From NCBI GenBank assembly GCA_050633305.1, contig JBOEGF010000014.1:1-64000 (forward strand): a stretch of 64,000 nt of DNA, read 5' to 3'. Below, one piece after another: positions 26,749 to 35,780 of the stretch. Within the stretch, counting starts at the first letter, position 1, and the number at the start of each line of letters is the position of its first letter. The notes beneath the pieces are model-generated. The model saw nothing but the letters and a program-made list of their open reading frames with translations. It had not been told where the DNA came from and did not search any database. Source of the DNA: Nannocystales bacterium (GTDB taxonomy: Bacteria > Myxococcota_A > Polyangia > Nannocystales > Nannocystaceae). A program made the translations under genes and the position numbers.

Positions 26749-27330
26749 CTAGTTGGAATCGTTGGACTTTACGGCGCTAATCGCGCATTGGGACACCGGC
26801 GCAGGTTTGGCGACGACGAAGACTGCGGCCATGCACTGTGAGCACCGCATGACGGCCCTGTCGGCGAAGACGAAGCACCGAAGTCCCGCGACGGGATGAC
26901 GGCGACAACCGACTTCGACGCAGCGCTCGACGTGGTCCGGGTCCGGGCAAGGGCACACCATCGGTGGCGACACCCACGAGTTCGGACCCTTCGGAACGCT
27001 CTCGTCGTTCTCGAGCGCCCTCACGAGACCGCTTGGGCTGTTGGGCGTCTTGAGTCCGGATTCCTCAGCCCACAGCCTGAAGCTACTCACGGTGTGGTGC
27101 CCCCTGAGGATCACGACCGCGCCGTCCGTATCTTCCATGCTGCGGCCCAGGACGAGCATCGAAACCGCGTCCGTCTCGGCGTTGGCAATGTCGACCATGG
27201 AGCTGAGCTGCCCCTTGAGCCCGTAGCCTTCTGATTCGATCTTGGGGAGTTGAGAGGTGTTGTCGGGTTTGGTGTCCCGGTTGCTTCCGGTGGCGACACG
27301 CGTGGCGATCGGCTTGTCGTTCGTTTTCAC
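26749..27330 (-). CDS. Hypothetical protein with C-terminal Cys cluster
   Basis: GTG start overlapping upstream stop; GGAGG RBS. Confidence 0.6.
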   Translation of the reverse strand: MKTNDKPIATRVATGSNRDTKPDNTSQLPKIESEGYGLKGQLSSMVDIANAETDAVSMLVLGRSMEDTDGAVVILRGHHTVSSFRLWAEESGLKTPNSPSGLVRALENDESVPKGPNSWVSPPMVCPCPDPDHVERCVEVGCRRHPVAGLRCFVFADRAVMRCSQCMAAVFVVAKPAPVSQCAISAVKSNDSN

Positions 27331-27620
27331 AGCAGGCCTCCCCCGTGTTCCCGGTCCCAATCCGCGGCCCGTTGTTCAGCGCTTCTAAGGGCTTCGGCGA
27401 CAGCGTCAACAACGGCGTCCGTCACGTGCTTCGCGGACGGCTCGTCGTCGACGAGCACGCTGACTGCCCGAGTGATCAAGTCGACCCGCCTGGAGTGCCC
27501 GACGAGCGAGAGGGCCGCCTGTATCTCGTCGCGGCAACCCCCTGCGGAGAAGCCGGTGTCCGTGGCCGAAAAGATGCTCACAGACCCGTTGTCGTGAGTG
27601 GTGATGGTTGTGCTCTTCAT
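27327..27620 (-). CDS. Hypothetical protein
   Basis: 97 aa, coupled at both ends. Confidence 0.6.
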   Translation of the reverse strand: MKSTTITTHDNGSVSIFSATDTGFSAGGCRDEIQAALSLVGHSRRVDLITRAVSVLVDDEPSAKHVTDAVVDAVAEALRSAEQRAADWDREHGGGLL

Positions 27621-28036
27621 CGTTTGTTCTCGGTTGTCGTGGAGTGGAGGTGGTGCCAGCACGTGGAGCGCCGGTTGTTCTCGCCGCGGGTTACCGGTTC
27701 GAGGTGCGCCGGGTTCACGCAGAGGCGGTTCCGGCAGCGGTGGTCGAGCTCGCGTCGCTTCCCGCGAAGTGGCCGGCCGTTTCGGATCGCGAGCTCGTAG
27801 ACGACGAGGTGAGCCTGACGGTTGGAGCCGTTGGACCAGACCGAGCCATAGCCGCGCGACGTGACGGCGGCGGTCCACATCCAGCACCGCGTTCCCTCGA
27901 AGCGCGGGCCGTTCGCCACGATCTTGACTCGAATGCGCGGAGGGAGCCGCCCCAGCGCCCGGGAGTCCTGGCGCGGCTCAAGCATCGCGATGCGGTGCAG
28001 GTCGACCGATACGCGGGGTGACTTGCTTCTAGGCAT
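27617..28036 (-). CDS. HNH endonuclease
   Basis: CWMWT...GYG...AHLVVYE...LDHRCRNRLCVNPAHLEPVTRGEN. Confidence 0.9.
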   Translation of the reverse strand: MPRSKSPRVSVDLHRIAMLEPRQDSRALGRLPPRIRVKIVANGPRFEGTRCWMWTAAVTSRGYGSVWSNGSNRQAHLVVYELAIRNGRPLRGKRRELDHRCRNRLCVNPAHLEPVTRGENNRRSTCWHHLHSTTTENKR

Positions 28037-28736
28037 GCCCCACCACCTTCCCGAGCCCGAAGGACTCGTCTCTCCTGCGGATGAGACGAGCAACCTTTTG
28101 GACAGCTCCCTTGGGAAGCGCGGGCCACGACTTGGGGAGCCGGCGCGCTGGCAAGGCCTGCGAGAGTGCGTGGCGGGCGAGATGTCGGTATGCCGCCTCC
28201 GGAGTGGCGAAGGTGCAGTCGCCGACTGTCCAAAAGACCGTCGGGCGGATGGCGGGCCCACGAGCAGCTCGGGCCGCTTGCGAGTCGGAGCCGACGAGCC
28301 ATTGTCGATCGATCTCCTGCTGCCGCCGATCGGACTCCTGCTGCTCGCGTGTGCTCTCGGCCTTGGCCGCCTTCTTCTCTTCGACGTGGGCGTCAACGAG
28401 TCGTTGGAGCCCTTCGAGAAAAGGGTGACGTGTCCCGGACCCGGCGTCCTTCGGAGCCTCGTACATCGCGATGGCCTGGGAGAGTAGGTGGCCCCGGACA
28501 AGTCCCTTGTGGAGCGGATCGTCGTGTTGAAGTGCTCCCGGATGCCGCTTCGCGATGAAGCCGTGGACCGCACCGCGTGCGACTCGCCCGACCTCGTGGA
28601 GCTCCGCGACTGCCGGGTCGTCGTTCGGGTCAGCGTTTGTCGGGTAGCGGTTCGCGAGCCACGCAACGAAGGCCACGGCGTCAGGGTTCGCGTCGAGCAC
28701 GTCCTTGACCGTTTGGGGGATGTCGGACGCCTTCAC
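28029..28736 (-). CDS. Hypothetical protein
   Basis: 235 aa coupled ORF. Confidence 0.65.
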   Translation of the reverse strand: MKASDIPQTVKDVLDANPDAVAFVAWLANRYPTNADPNDDPAVAELHEVGRVARGAVHGFIAKRHPGALQHDDPLHKGLVRGHLLSQAIAMYEAPKDAGSGTRHPFLEGLQRLVDAHVEEKKAAKAESTREQQESDRRQQEIDRQWLVGSDSQAARAARGPAIRPTVFWTVGDCTFATPEAAYRHLARHALSQALPARRLPKSWPALPKGAVQKVARLIRRRDESFGLGKVVGHA

Positions 28737-29287
28737 GACCCTTCTCCTCCGGACGACGACTCGAGGAGCCCGGCATGCTCGTCGGTGAGCAGTTCGATAA
28801 GTCGGTCGGCCGCGACTTCATCGAGACCGATCCGCGGGTTCGTTTGGACGAAGCGATGCCGGACGAAGGGCATGTCCGGGTCGTCGTCGACGACGGCCCA
28901 GCACGGCGGGGCTTCTGCCTGAGACGCGAGCCAGGCGGCGATCTCAAGCCCGCGAGGCTCTCCCTTGAGGTCGGGTGTCGCGCCGATGAACGACGGCCCG
29001 TCGTACCCGAAGCGCTTCCGCATGAGTTGCTCCGCTCGGTTGTGGTCGACGACGCCCACACCGCCGGCGCCGAGGATGAGCCGCCACATGCTGCTCAGCA
29101 CGATTTCGCAGCCCGTGGTCTCCACGACGCGATGGAGCTGGTCTAGGGACTCTCGCGCCTTCTCCATCCTGCGATCGCTTGCGGGAGGCAGGAGTACGCC
29201 GTCCACGTCGAGAAAGAGGACCGGTGCCCGGCGCGGTGGCGCGGAATGGCTAGAGCCGCCGTCGCCGGTGTGGACGGTCCGGCTCAC
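28733..29287 (-). CDS. HAD-family protein (Swiss Army Knife RNA repair-like HAD domain)
   Basis: FLDVDGVL, IVLSSMWR, RGLEIAAWL, WAVVDDD. Confidence 0.85.
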   Translation of the reverse strand: MSRTVHTGDGGSSHSAPPRRAPVLFLDVDGVLLPPASDRRMEKARESLDQLHRVVETTGCEIVLSSMWRLILGAGGVGVVDHNRAEQLMRKRFGYDGPSFIGATPDLKGEPRGLEIAAWLASQAEAPPCWAVVDDDPDMPFVRHRFVQTNPRIGLDEVAADRLIELLTDEHAGLLESSSGGEGS

Positions 29288-30522
29288 TGTGCAGCCGCCT
29301 CTCGCTCGCTGGTCTCCAGCTCGAGGCACTGGTCGGGCGAGAGCGGGCGGACAGAGGACTCTCCTCGCGGTGCCATGCGGTTGCCGGCATCGATTGCCTC
29401 GCTCCTGGTCTCGTATGGCCCGACCAGGCCCTCGTCCGGGTACTCGGTGAGGTAGGCCGCGAACCCTCCCTGGGACCATGTGGTGTCGCAGACGAAGGCC
29501 TCGACCTTGAGGAGCTGCGGTAGTTGCTCGGAAAGCATCGTCTCGTCGACGACCGCCATCTCGTCGTCCCACACTGCCCACGTCTCTTCGGGGACATTGG
29601 CCCCCGGCAGGACGAGCGCCGAGACGGCCTCCCGGATGGAGTCGCCGAGCGTCTCGGTCAGAGTCGGTTGGAGCTCGGTGACGGAGACTCGACGACAGCG
29701 ACGAATACGAGCCGTCTCAGGAACCGGAGAGTCCTCTTCCGACCGGATGTCGTTGAGCAGCTCGAGGGCGCTGGATTCACTCTGGCCCGCGATGTAGTAG
29801 CGGCTCTCCGAGTCCGCGACTCCGGTGTCGACACACCACAGGTCGAACTTGGCCTGCGCGCCATCGGCTGCCCCTGCCGGCGGGCACTTGCCCTGGGACA
29901 TGAGCCTCGCGACCTTGTCTCCGTAGCTCCGGAGTGCGACCGCTTCGCCGTCGAAGACCTCGGAGTACTTGTGCTGTTCGATCTCCACGAGCCGGTCCTT
30001 GATGATGTTCATGAGGGCGAGCGCCTCGTTCTCTTCGGGCCCGGGAAAGTGGCTCCCGGGGCTACGGGGCTCGATGGCCTCGATCCACCCCTCGGGACCG
30101 AACTCGCCGATCTGTTCGAAGGTGAAGCCGCCTTTGCGGGCTACGTCCTCGGCCGAGCGAGGACTGTCGTGGTGCTTCGCCCATGCGGCGTGGACCTCGA
30201 GGTGGAGGCTTTCGGGGATCTGCCGGACCAGGGGGAAGTCGTAGCCGTCGGCGCGGTCCTGCTCCGATAGGCGGACCGGGGCGTAGGCCTCGATCTTGGC
30301 GATGTTGCCGGTCGTGGGACCAGGCTCGACGGGCGCCCCCCAGCTGTGAATCTCGTCCCACGTCAGCGGGAGCGCGCGGTCGATCGCGTACAGGTCGCAG
30401 ACTCCTTCGCCTCGGCGGTGGACGTAGAGGATCTCGGCGCGTTGGTGTCGCTTCTCGCGTCGCTGGGTCGTGGCCCAGTGGTAGCCTTCTTCGGGCAGGT
30501 TCTCGGGAGCTGGGGTGTCCAT
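29284..30522 (-). CDS. Hypothetical multi-domain protein
   Basis: 412 aa acidic ORF preceded by the 34-bp repeated element. Confidence 0.7.
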   Translation of the reverse strand: MDTPAPENLPEEGYHWATTQRREKRHQRAEILYVHRRGEGVCDLYAIDRALPLTWDEIHSWGAPVEPGPTTGNIAKIEAYAPVRLSEQDRADGYDFPLVRQIPESLHLEVHAAWAKHHDSPRSAEDVARKGGFTFEQIGEFGPEGWIEAIEPRSPGSHFPGPEENEALALMNIIKDRLVEIEQHKYSEVFDGEAVALRSYGDKVARLMSQGKCPPAGAADGAQAKFDLWCVDTGVADSESRYYIAGQSESSALELLNDIRSEEDSPVPETARIRRCRRVSVTELQPTLTETLGDSIREAVSALVLPGANVPEETWAVWDDEMAVVDETMLSEQLPQLLKVEAFVCDTTWSQGGFAAYLTEYPDEGLVGPYETRSEAIDAGNRMAPRGESSVRPLSPDQCLELETSEREAAAQ

Positions 30523-30556
30523 ACGACCCCCGCCCCGTCGGCCGAACCGTACGGGG
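30523..30556 (-). promoter_or_regulatory. 34-bp element, copy 2, abutting the start codon
   Basis: 31/34 identical to 22540-22573. Confidence 0.7.
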
Positions 30557-30585
30557 TTACGCGTCAGCGGGTTGCTGCGCGAGAG

Positions 30586-30990
30586 TCAGGTTGTCCGGAA
30601 CCGCTCGGCCGTATTGGCCGAAGCGAGGTCCAGTTGGAAGCCGCCCGGCTCCGGAGAACCGCGGGCGCTTTCCTGGGTCTCGGCGTCGCGCTCGAGGGCC
30701 TTGTTCCTCTCGATGAGGCGGTTGAGCCGTCGGCTCTCGTTGTCCACCGACCTCTTGGTCCGCAGCAGGATCTTGCGTTGCTCCTCGACCTCTTTGTGGA
30801 GGTGTGCGAGTTGCCCCCGGGTCCGGGCGAGGAAGCCCTCTTGCTTCTCGTTCCTCTCGGCCTCGCGGAGAAGGACTTCGAATGCGTCGAAGACGAAACC
30901 GCATGTCGAGCAGTGCACGGAGCGCTCCTCGGCGTCGAGGATGAACCGCGGGTGTTGGCAAGGCGTGCCTTCGACCTTGAGCGGGTTCAT
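30586..30990 (-). CDS. Zn-ribbon/coiled-coil protein
   Basis: CQH...CSTC followed by a coiled coil. Confidence 0.6.
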   Translation of the reverse strand: MNPLKVEGTPCQHPRFILDAEERSVHCSTCGFVFDAFEVLLREAERNEKQEGFLARTRGQLAHLHKEVEEQRKILLRTKRSVDNESRRLNRLIERNKALERDAETQESARGSPEPGGFQLDLASANTAERFRTT

Positions 30991-31172
30991 GAGGACTCAT
31001 CCTCCGGCGTGAAGGTGAACTCCCCGGATGCGGCCATGCGGGCTCGCGCTAGGAGGTGGCGTTGGCGAGCTCGGCGAACCATGCCGGCGATCCGCACATC
31101 GGACGTACCGGCAGGGATCTGGATACGACGCCCGGCGTACCAGTTGAGTTGGTCGTGAAGGCTGTCGAACAT
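30987..31172 (-). CDS. Small hypothetical protein
   Basis: 61 aa, coupled at both ends. Confidence 0.5.
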   Translation of the reverse strand: MFDSLHDQLNWYAGRRIQIPAGTSDVRIAGMVRRARQRHLLARARMAASGEFTFTPEDESS

Positions 31173-31705
31173 CACGCCGCACCTCCGAAGAGTGAGAGCT
31201 GGCTGCACGGGGCCTCACCGGCCAACATGACGCGTCCACGCACGGGGTCGGGGTCCTCAGCCAGGTCTGCATCGACAGCGAGAGCCGGGCGGACAGGCGC
31301 AGTCTCAACGGCCCGCGGTACCTTCCACCACGAATCGGAGACGACGTTGTCCTGGCGGTCGAGCTCGACCCGTCGCCCGCCTTCGAGAAACAGCACGACG
31401 TGCCACTTCCCGACGTTGGCCCACGACTTGATCGGGAAGTCTTCTCCGTCGATGTGGAAGGCGGTCCGGCCTCGGCCGAATCGCTTCGCATGCCACGCCC
31501 GAGCCTCCGTCAGACCCATCTCCGATGTGGAGAGCCAGCCCCAGCAATACTGGGCGATCGCGTCCCAGCACCAGTGGACCATCCGGAGCCCATGCCGACC
31601 CCGCACCTCGTAGAGGGGCATCCGCTCGCCGCGGTCTATGGCGGTGACGGTCTCTCCGCATACCAGGGCTGTGGTCCCTGCCGGCGGTGGGACTGGGCGA
31701 CTCAT
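31172..31705 (-). CDS. Hypothetical protein
   Basis: 177 aa Trp-rich coupled ORF. Confidence 0.6.
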   Translation of the reverse strand: MSRPVPPPAGTTALVCGETVTAIDRGERMPLYEVRGRHGLRMVHWCWDAIAQYCWGWLSTSEMGLTEARAWHAKRFGRGRTAFHIDGEDFPIKSWANVGKWHVVLFLEGGRRVELDRQDNVVSDSWWKVPRAVETAPVRPALAVDADLAEDPDPVRGRVMLAGEAPCSQLSLFGGAA

Positions 31706-32067
31706 CGAGCCTCCGGGTTGTCGAGGTGCCGAAACTCAATGCGGGTCACGGTGTCGGTGGGCTTGCCGCCGAACAGTCGGAAGAACTCGCAGGGGCTCAT
31801 CCCTGGGAAGCCCTCACGGGCAAGGTCCGAGGCATCAATGAGGCCCAGGGCTTCGCGTCGAATGCTAACGATCTCGATCGGGTGGAGGACTTTCTGTCGC
31901 TCCCCCTTGGCGAGCCCCATACCCTTCTCGATCGCCAACACGATGTCGCCCGGGCGAACTCGCGGTTGATCCGCTTCTCGGTCCCACCAGCCGAAGCGTC
32001 GCGTGACGGTCTTGGTTCGGCCGCGCATCTGCGGGATCGTCATGGAGAACGCCATGCGCTTAGTCAT
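31702..32067 (-). CDS. ASCH-domain protein
   Basis: RTKTVTRR.GW...RPGD...IEIVSIRRE.L..I...DLAREGF...VTRIEF. Confidence 0.8.
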   Translation of the reverse strand: MTKRMAFSMTIPQMRGRTKTVTRRFGWWDREADQPRVRPGDIVLAIEKGMGLAKGERQKVLHPIEIVSIRREALGLIDASDLAREGFPGMSPCEFFRLFGGKPTDTVTRIEFRHLDNPEAR

Positions 32068-32344
32068 CGGTGGCTCCCTTCATGGCGTCGCGGAACTCTT
32101 CGAGAGCGCGATCCTTCGGCTCGACCGAAAGAGTCGCTCCCGGTTCGTGCTTCCGAAGGTCGTCGAGCTCGACGGGACGCCCGTAGTCCATCGAGACGGA
32201 GAGGACGAGCCCATTGGAGCTCCGGACGACGAAGACAGGTTTGGCCCCCTCCCCGGGGACAAGGCAGGCGTGGCATGGGGGTCGGAAGTAGAGGACCCGG
32301 TCTCCCTCAACGGGGCGCCCACAGGAGTGGCAGCGAAGCGTCAT
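32060..32344 (-). CDS. Small Zn-finger protein
   Basis: CHSC...CHAC. Confidence 0.55.
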   Translation of the reverse strand: MTLRCHSCGRPVEGDRVLYFRPPCHACLVPGEGAKPVFVVRSSNGLVLSVSMDYGRPVELDDLRKHEPGATLSVEPKDRALEEFRDAMKGATDD

Positions 32345-32976
32345 CGTGAACCCTCGTTCCCGAAGAGGGCGTCGGACAGGTGCAGCGTCGCGGGGTGTTT
32401 CTCTAGACTGCTCAGGGGCTGTTCCGGGGTCTCCCCGGACACCATGCCCCGCGACGTTGCTGGGCTCGGGCGTTCCACCCGCTCTCCGCCGGGCTCCCGA
32501 CCGACGGTGGAGGGCGTCTCACCCTCCTGGAAGTCACACACCGTTTGCGGGGTCGATTCGACTTCTAGGGGCACTCCCCACAAAGGCGGGCCCTGGCGCA
32601 CATGCTCGCCTCCCCCGCTCGGGTTCGTCTCCGTGTCCGACCTGCCAAACCCATGACCAGCGATGCCGGTCTCTTGGCGCGGGTGCTCGGTTGCCCGGCG
32701 ACATTCGCCGGTCCCTCCACTCGCTTTCAGGCTCGGAGCACGTTCGTTGCCGTTCTCCTCTTTCTGTTCGGGGCATTTTGTTGCGTGGAGTTCTTCCACG
32801 GCTTGCTTCGCGTGCTTGAGGAGGCGCGCTTCTCCGAGCGTGGGACAGACCTCTCGCGGAGCCCGATACGACCAACGCCAGGCGGAGGCGCTCAGGCGTA
32901 CGAGGCGGGCGACCTTGCGCTCTTCGAAGAATCCGCCGTAGTGGCCTGTCTTCTTGTCGCGCTTCCAGACGATCAT
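32341..32976 (-). CDS. Hypothetical protein
   Basis: Starts MIVWKRDKK with ATGA coupling; low-complexity C-terminal half. Confidence 0.55.
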   Translation of the reverse strand: MIVWKRDKKTGHYGGFFEERKVARLVRLSASAWRWSYRAPREVCPTLGEARLLKHAKQAVEELHATKCPEQKEENGNERAPSLKASGGTGECRRATEHPRQETGIAGHGFGRSDTETNPSGGGEHVRQGPPLWGVPLEVESTPQTVCDFQEGETPSTVGREPGGERVERPSPATSRGMVSGETPEQPLSSLEKHPATLHLSDALFGNEGSR

Positions 32977-33437
32977 GCCGCACCTCCGGATTTGGTCGAC
33001 CGACTCAGGGGCGCTCGCGCACCCTCGAACGCTCCGGCAAGCTCCAGCGCCTGGGTTGTCTCCGACGCTTCGAGCTTGGTCTCGATGGCGGCGAGGTTGC
33101 TGGCAGCAAGTATCCGGAGTCGCAATGACGCGTTCTCGAACGGCGTGGAGGCGATCGCCCTCGGGCCGTTCGTCCATGTATCGATGAGGAACGCCCAGCC
33201 CTTCTCGCGTCGCCGGAACTCGAGCGTGAGGTGTTTGCTCCCATCCTCGCGGACAGCGATGGTCACCCGACCCGGAACTGCGAAGCGCTGGGCCCAGAGT
33301 TCGGCGGTGCGTTCGAAGATCGCGTTGAGTCCATCGGCGAGAATCGCGACCTCGCGCCGCGTCGCTGGGGTCCCGGTCCGGACCTGCTCTGAGACGCAGA
33401 TCGCTCGGTCGATGGCTTCCTGGGTCGCGTCGTTCAT
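32973..33437 (-). CDS. Hypothetical protein
   Basis: 154 aa coupled ORF. Confidence 0.6.
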   Translation of the reverse strand: MNDATQEAIDRAICVSEQVRTGTPATRREVAILADGLNAIFERTAELWAQRFAVPGRVTIAVREDGSKHLTLEFRRREKGWAFLIDTWTNGPRAIASTPFENASLRLRILAASNLAAIETKLEASETTQALELAGAFEGARAPLSRSTKSGGAA

Positions 33438-34456
33438 GATGACCTCTTTCTGTTCGCGATCAGCATCGTGGCCTCTTCAGCCGAGTGGCCTTGTTTGTCG
33501 AAGTAGCTGCGAGTCGTCGCCGGGTTGGAGTGTCCGAGGAGGTCGCAGGCCTGCTTGAGGTTCCCGTTGCTTTCTTCGAAGACGACGGTCGCGGCCGTGT
33601 GCCGGAAACCGTGGGGGCCGGAGAGTCCATGCACGTACTTGGTCCGCTTGTAGACCGAGTCGGGGTGAAGGCTCCCACCCTTCCCACGTCCCGATGTCCC
33701 GCAGAACACGGTGGCGTCGCTGGCGATGTGGCCGAGATGCAGGACCCTGAGCTGTTGCCAGCGCTGCAGGGCGGACACGGCCTGGGGCGAGAGTGGGAAT
33801 CGGCGCGTTGAGCCGCCCTTCACGATGGCTCTTGCGTGTGGACGCGTGGCGTCGAGATGCGTCTCGCTCCAGAGCATCGTGACCAGCGACTCCCGCCGCA
33901 TCGCTGTGTGATAGAGGGTCACGAACATCGCGTAGTCGCGGGCGTGGATCAGCGTCTTGGACTTGTCGTCATCGCCGTCCGCGAGTCTTTCGAGTTCGTC
34001 GATCTTCGCTTCGAGGTCTTGGACATCGGGACCCTCGGCGCGGTCGTAGGGTCGATAGGAGGGCCCGCGGACGGCGGTGAGGTCCCAGGTGAGTCCGAAG
34101 CGCCGCAGCGTGGCTGTGAGGCTGCGGAGGGAAGCGATCCGCCGGGCGATCGATGTGGGCTGAAGCTCGCGCTCCACCATCTCGGTCCACCAGTCGGCGA
34201 TGGAAGACTCGGCCACCAGCTGGCCGCCTTCGATGAGCACCAGAGTGCCGTCGACGGGGTCGGAGATGACCTCGCCCCGGACAAAGGTGGCGAACAGCCG
34301 CAGGTCGCTGAGTCGGGCGCGCACAGTGTGCTCGGACTTGCCGGAGAGCCACGCCTTGATGGCGTTCTGCAGACTCTCGCGTACGGCGTCGGCGTCGGCG
34401 TAAGTGACCGCACTGGCGGCGGGTGCCATGACCGCGAGCGTGTTCTCGGCGCTCAT
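33434..34456 (-). CDS. Second tyrosine recombinase (XerC/D-like)
   Basis: TAMRRES (R), VKGG (K), PHGFRH (HxxR), LLGHS (H), TTRSY (Y); N-terminal SAM-like domain. Confidence 0.9.
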   Translation of the reverse strand: MSAENTLAVMAPAASAVTYADADAVRESLQNAIKAWLSGKSEHTVRARLSDLRLFATFVRGEVISDPVDGTLVLIEGGQLVAESSIADWWTEMVERELQPTSIARRIASLRSLTATLRRFGLTWDLTAVRGPSYRPYDRAEGPDVQDLEAKIDELERLADGDDDKSKTLIHARDYAMFVTLYHTAMRRESLVTMLWSETHLDATRPHARAIVKGGSTRRFPLSPQAVSALQRWQQLRVLHLGHIASDATVFCGTSGRGKGGSLHPDSVYKRTKYVHGLSGPHGFRHTAATVVFEESNGNLKQACDLLGHSNPATTRSYFDKQGHSAEEATMLIANRKRSS

Positions 34457-34959
34457 GTCGAGGCTCCTGTCTCGCTGTCGTTGTAGAGGGCCTCTGGGTT
34501 TTCCCGGAGTAGGCAGCCGTGACACTCGCCGCACATCTGCTCGGAGAACACCTCACAGAGGCGCTCATCATCGAATCGTCGATCCGCGGCGTCCTTCCTC
34601 AGGCGCTCCACCTCTCTCTGCAGGCGCTGGTTGTGGAGCGCATAGGCCTCCGCGACTCCGACTGACGATTCCCTCATCCCGGGAAGCGTCCCTTCTCCCC
34701 GAAACGCCCGAGCCGCTTCGGAGTCGGATCCGGTTGCCCAGATGCACATGAGCGCCTTCTCCTGCCAGCTGGCGTGGCGCTTTGATTCGGAGACACTGAT
34801 GAAAAAGACCCGGACTCGCTCCTCCGCGCCCTCCTCGGGAAACGAGCTTGGGTGCACCCTCGCTTCATCCGCGGTCAACTCTGGGCCCCAGGCTGCGCAG
34901 TCCTCCGATTCCGGGTCGAAGCCGTACCAGCCTTGCGCCCATGACTCGTATGCGCTCAC
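34453..34959 (-). CDS. Hypothetical protein
   Basis: 168 aa; CGECHGC near the C-terminus. Confidence 0.55.
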   Translation of the reverse strand: MSAYESWAQGWYGFDPESEDCAAWGPELTADEARVHPSSFPEEGAEERVRVFFISVSESKRHASWQEKALMCIWATGSDSEAARAFRGEGTLPGMRESSVGVAEAYALHNQRLQREVERLRKDAADRRFDDERLCEVFSEQMCGECHGCLLRENPEALYNDSETGAST

Positions 34960-35780
34960 GCGTCCACCGTCCTGCACTCTGCGTAGAACTTGCTGCGCCA
35001 CGCGGCGGGGATCGGCAGCCCGCCGATCTGATAGTCGTCGCCCGGGACAGGGACATTGCACACCGCGGCCACCGACTCTGCGATCTTCCACTGCGCGGAG
35101 CCGCAACAGATCTGTCGGTTCGGGTTGCCGTCCTGGTCGCGTCCCGCCACCCGATGCGGAGCGATCATGAAGGGCTCGATGCCCCGCCGCCGCAGCTCTC
35201 CGATCTTGTCCGTGAGCCGGCTGGATGTCGCCTGCGCCCAGGCGGCGCTCATCCTCGAGCGGCCGAGCTGCTCGGGCTTGAAGAACCGGCCGCTGCCGGC
35301 AACACCTTCGAAGTTGCCCGCAAACTCGAAGTTGATCGAGTGGTACGGCTCCCGGTCAAATCGGTTGGAGGCGATGAGGTGGGTCTCGTCGGGGTGGACG
35401 ATGTAGACCGCGCCGTCTCCCCAGACCTCCTGCGCGGTCACGAGCTTCGCTCTGCGACGAAGTTGTGCCGGAGTCCGGACGACGCCCATCTGGTGGATGA
35501 CCAAGACGACCCGACGCTTCGAGAGATCAACAGGCGGGTACGCGGTCCGCTTGATGCGACCTGGGAGTCCCAGTGCCCGACGGCGCTTGCTCGGCCGATA
35601 CCGGCTGCGCTTCGCTTGGTCCCGAACGTCGACGAGGTGATAGTCGACTCCTTCACCGGCCGGGTCGGTCTCGGCCTGCTCGAGCTCGGCGGCGTCGAGC
35701 TTGCCGATCGCGTCTTGCCACCGCGTCGAGGCGTCGGAGATCGCGGGCCAGAGCGCGGACAATGTGGAGAACGGGTTCAT
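34956..35780 (-). CDS. N-acetylmuramoyl-L-alanine amidase-like protein (Amidase_2/T7-lysozyme type)
   Basis: LVIHQMG, SINFEFAGNF, IAPHR and RQICCG correspond to the His/His/Cys zinc-ligand pattern. Confidence 0.65.
   Translation of the reverse strand: MNPFSTLSALWPAISDASTRWQDAIGKLDAAELEQAETDPAGEGVDYHLVDVRDQAKRSRYRPSKRRRALGLPGRIKRTAYPPVDLSKRRVVLVIHQMGVVRTPAQLRRRAKLVTAQEVWGDGAVYIVHPDETHLIASNRFDREPYHSINFEFAGNFEGVAGSGRFFKPEQLGRSRMSAAWAQATSSRLTDKIGELRRRGIEPFMIAPHRVAGRDQDGNPNRQICCGSAQWKIAESVAAVCNVPVPGDDYQIGGLPIPAAWRSKFYAECRTVDA

Noticed and set aside
26715..26775. AT-rich patch with TTGATA...TACTAA and an AACTAGTT palindrome
   Set aside because: Possibly an internal or antisense promoter, but spacing and strand are ambiguous
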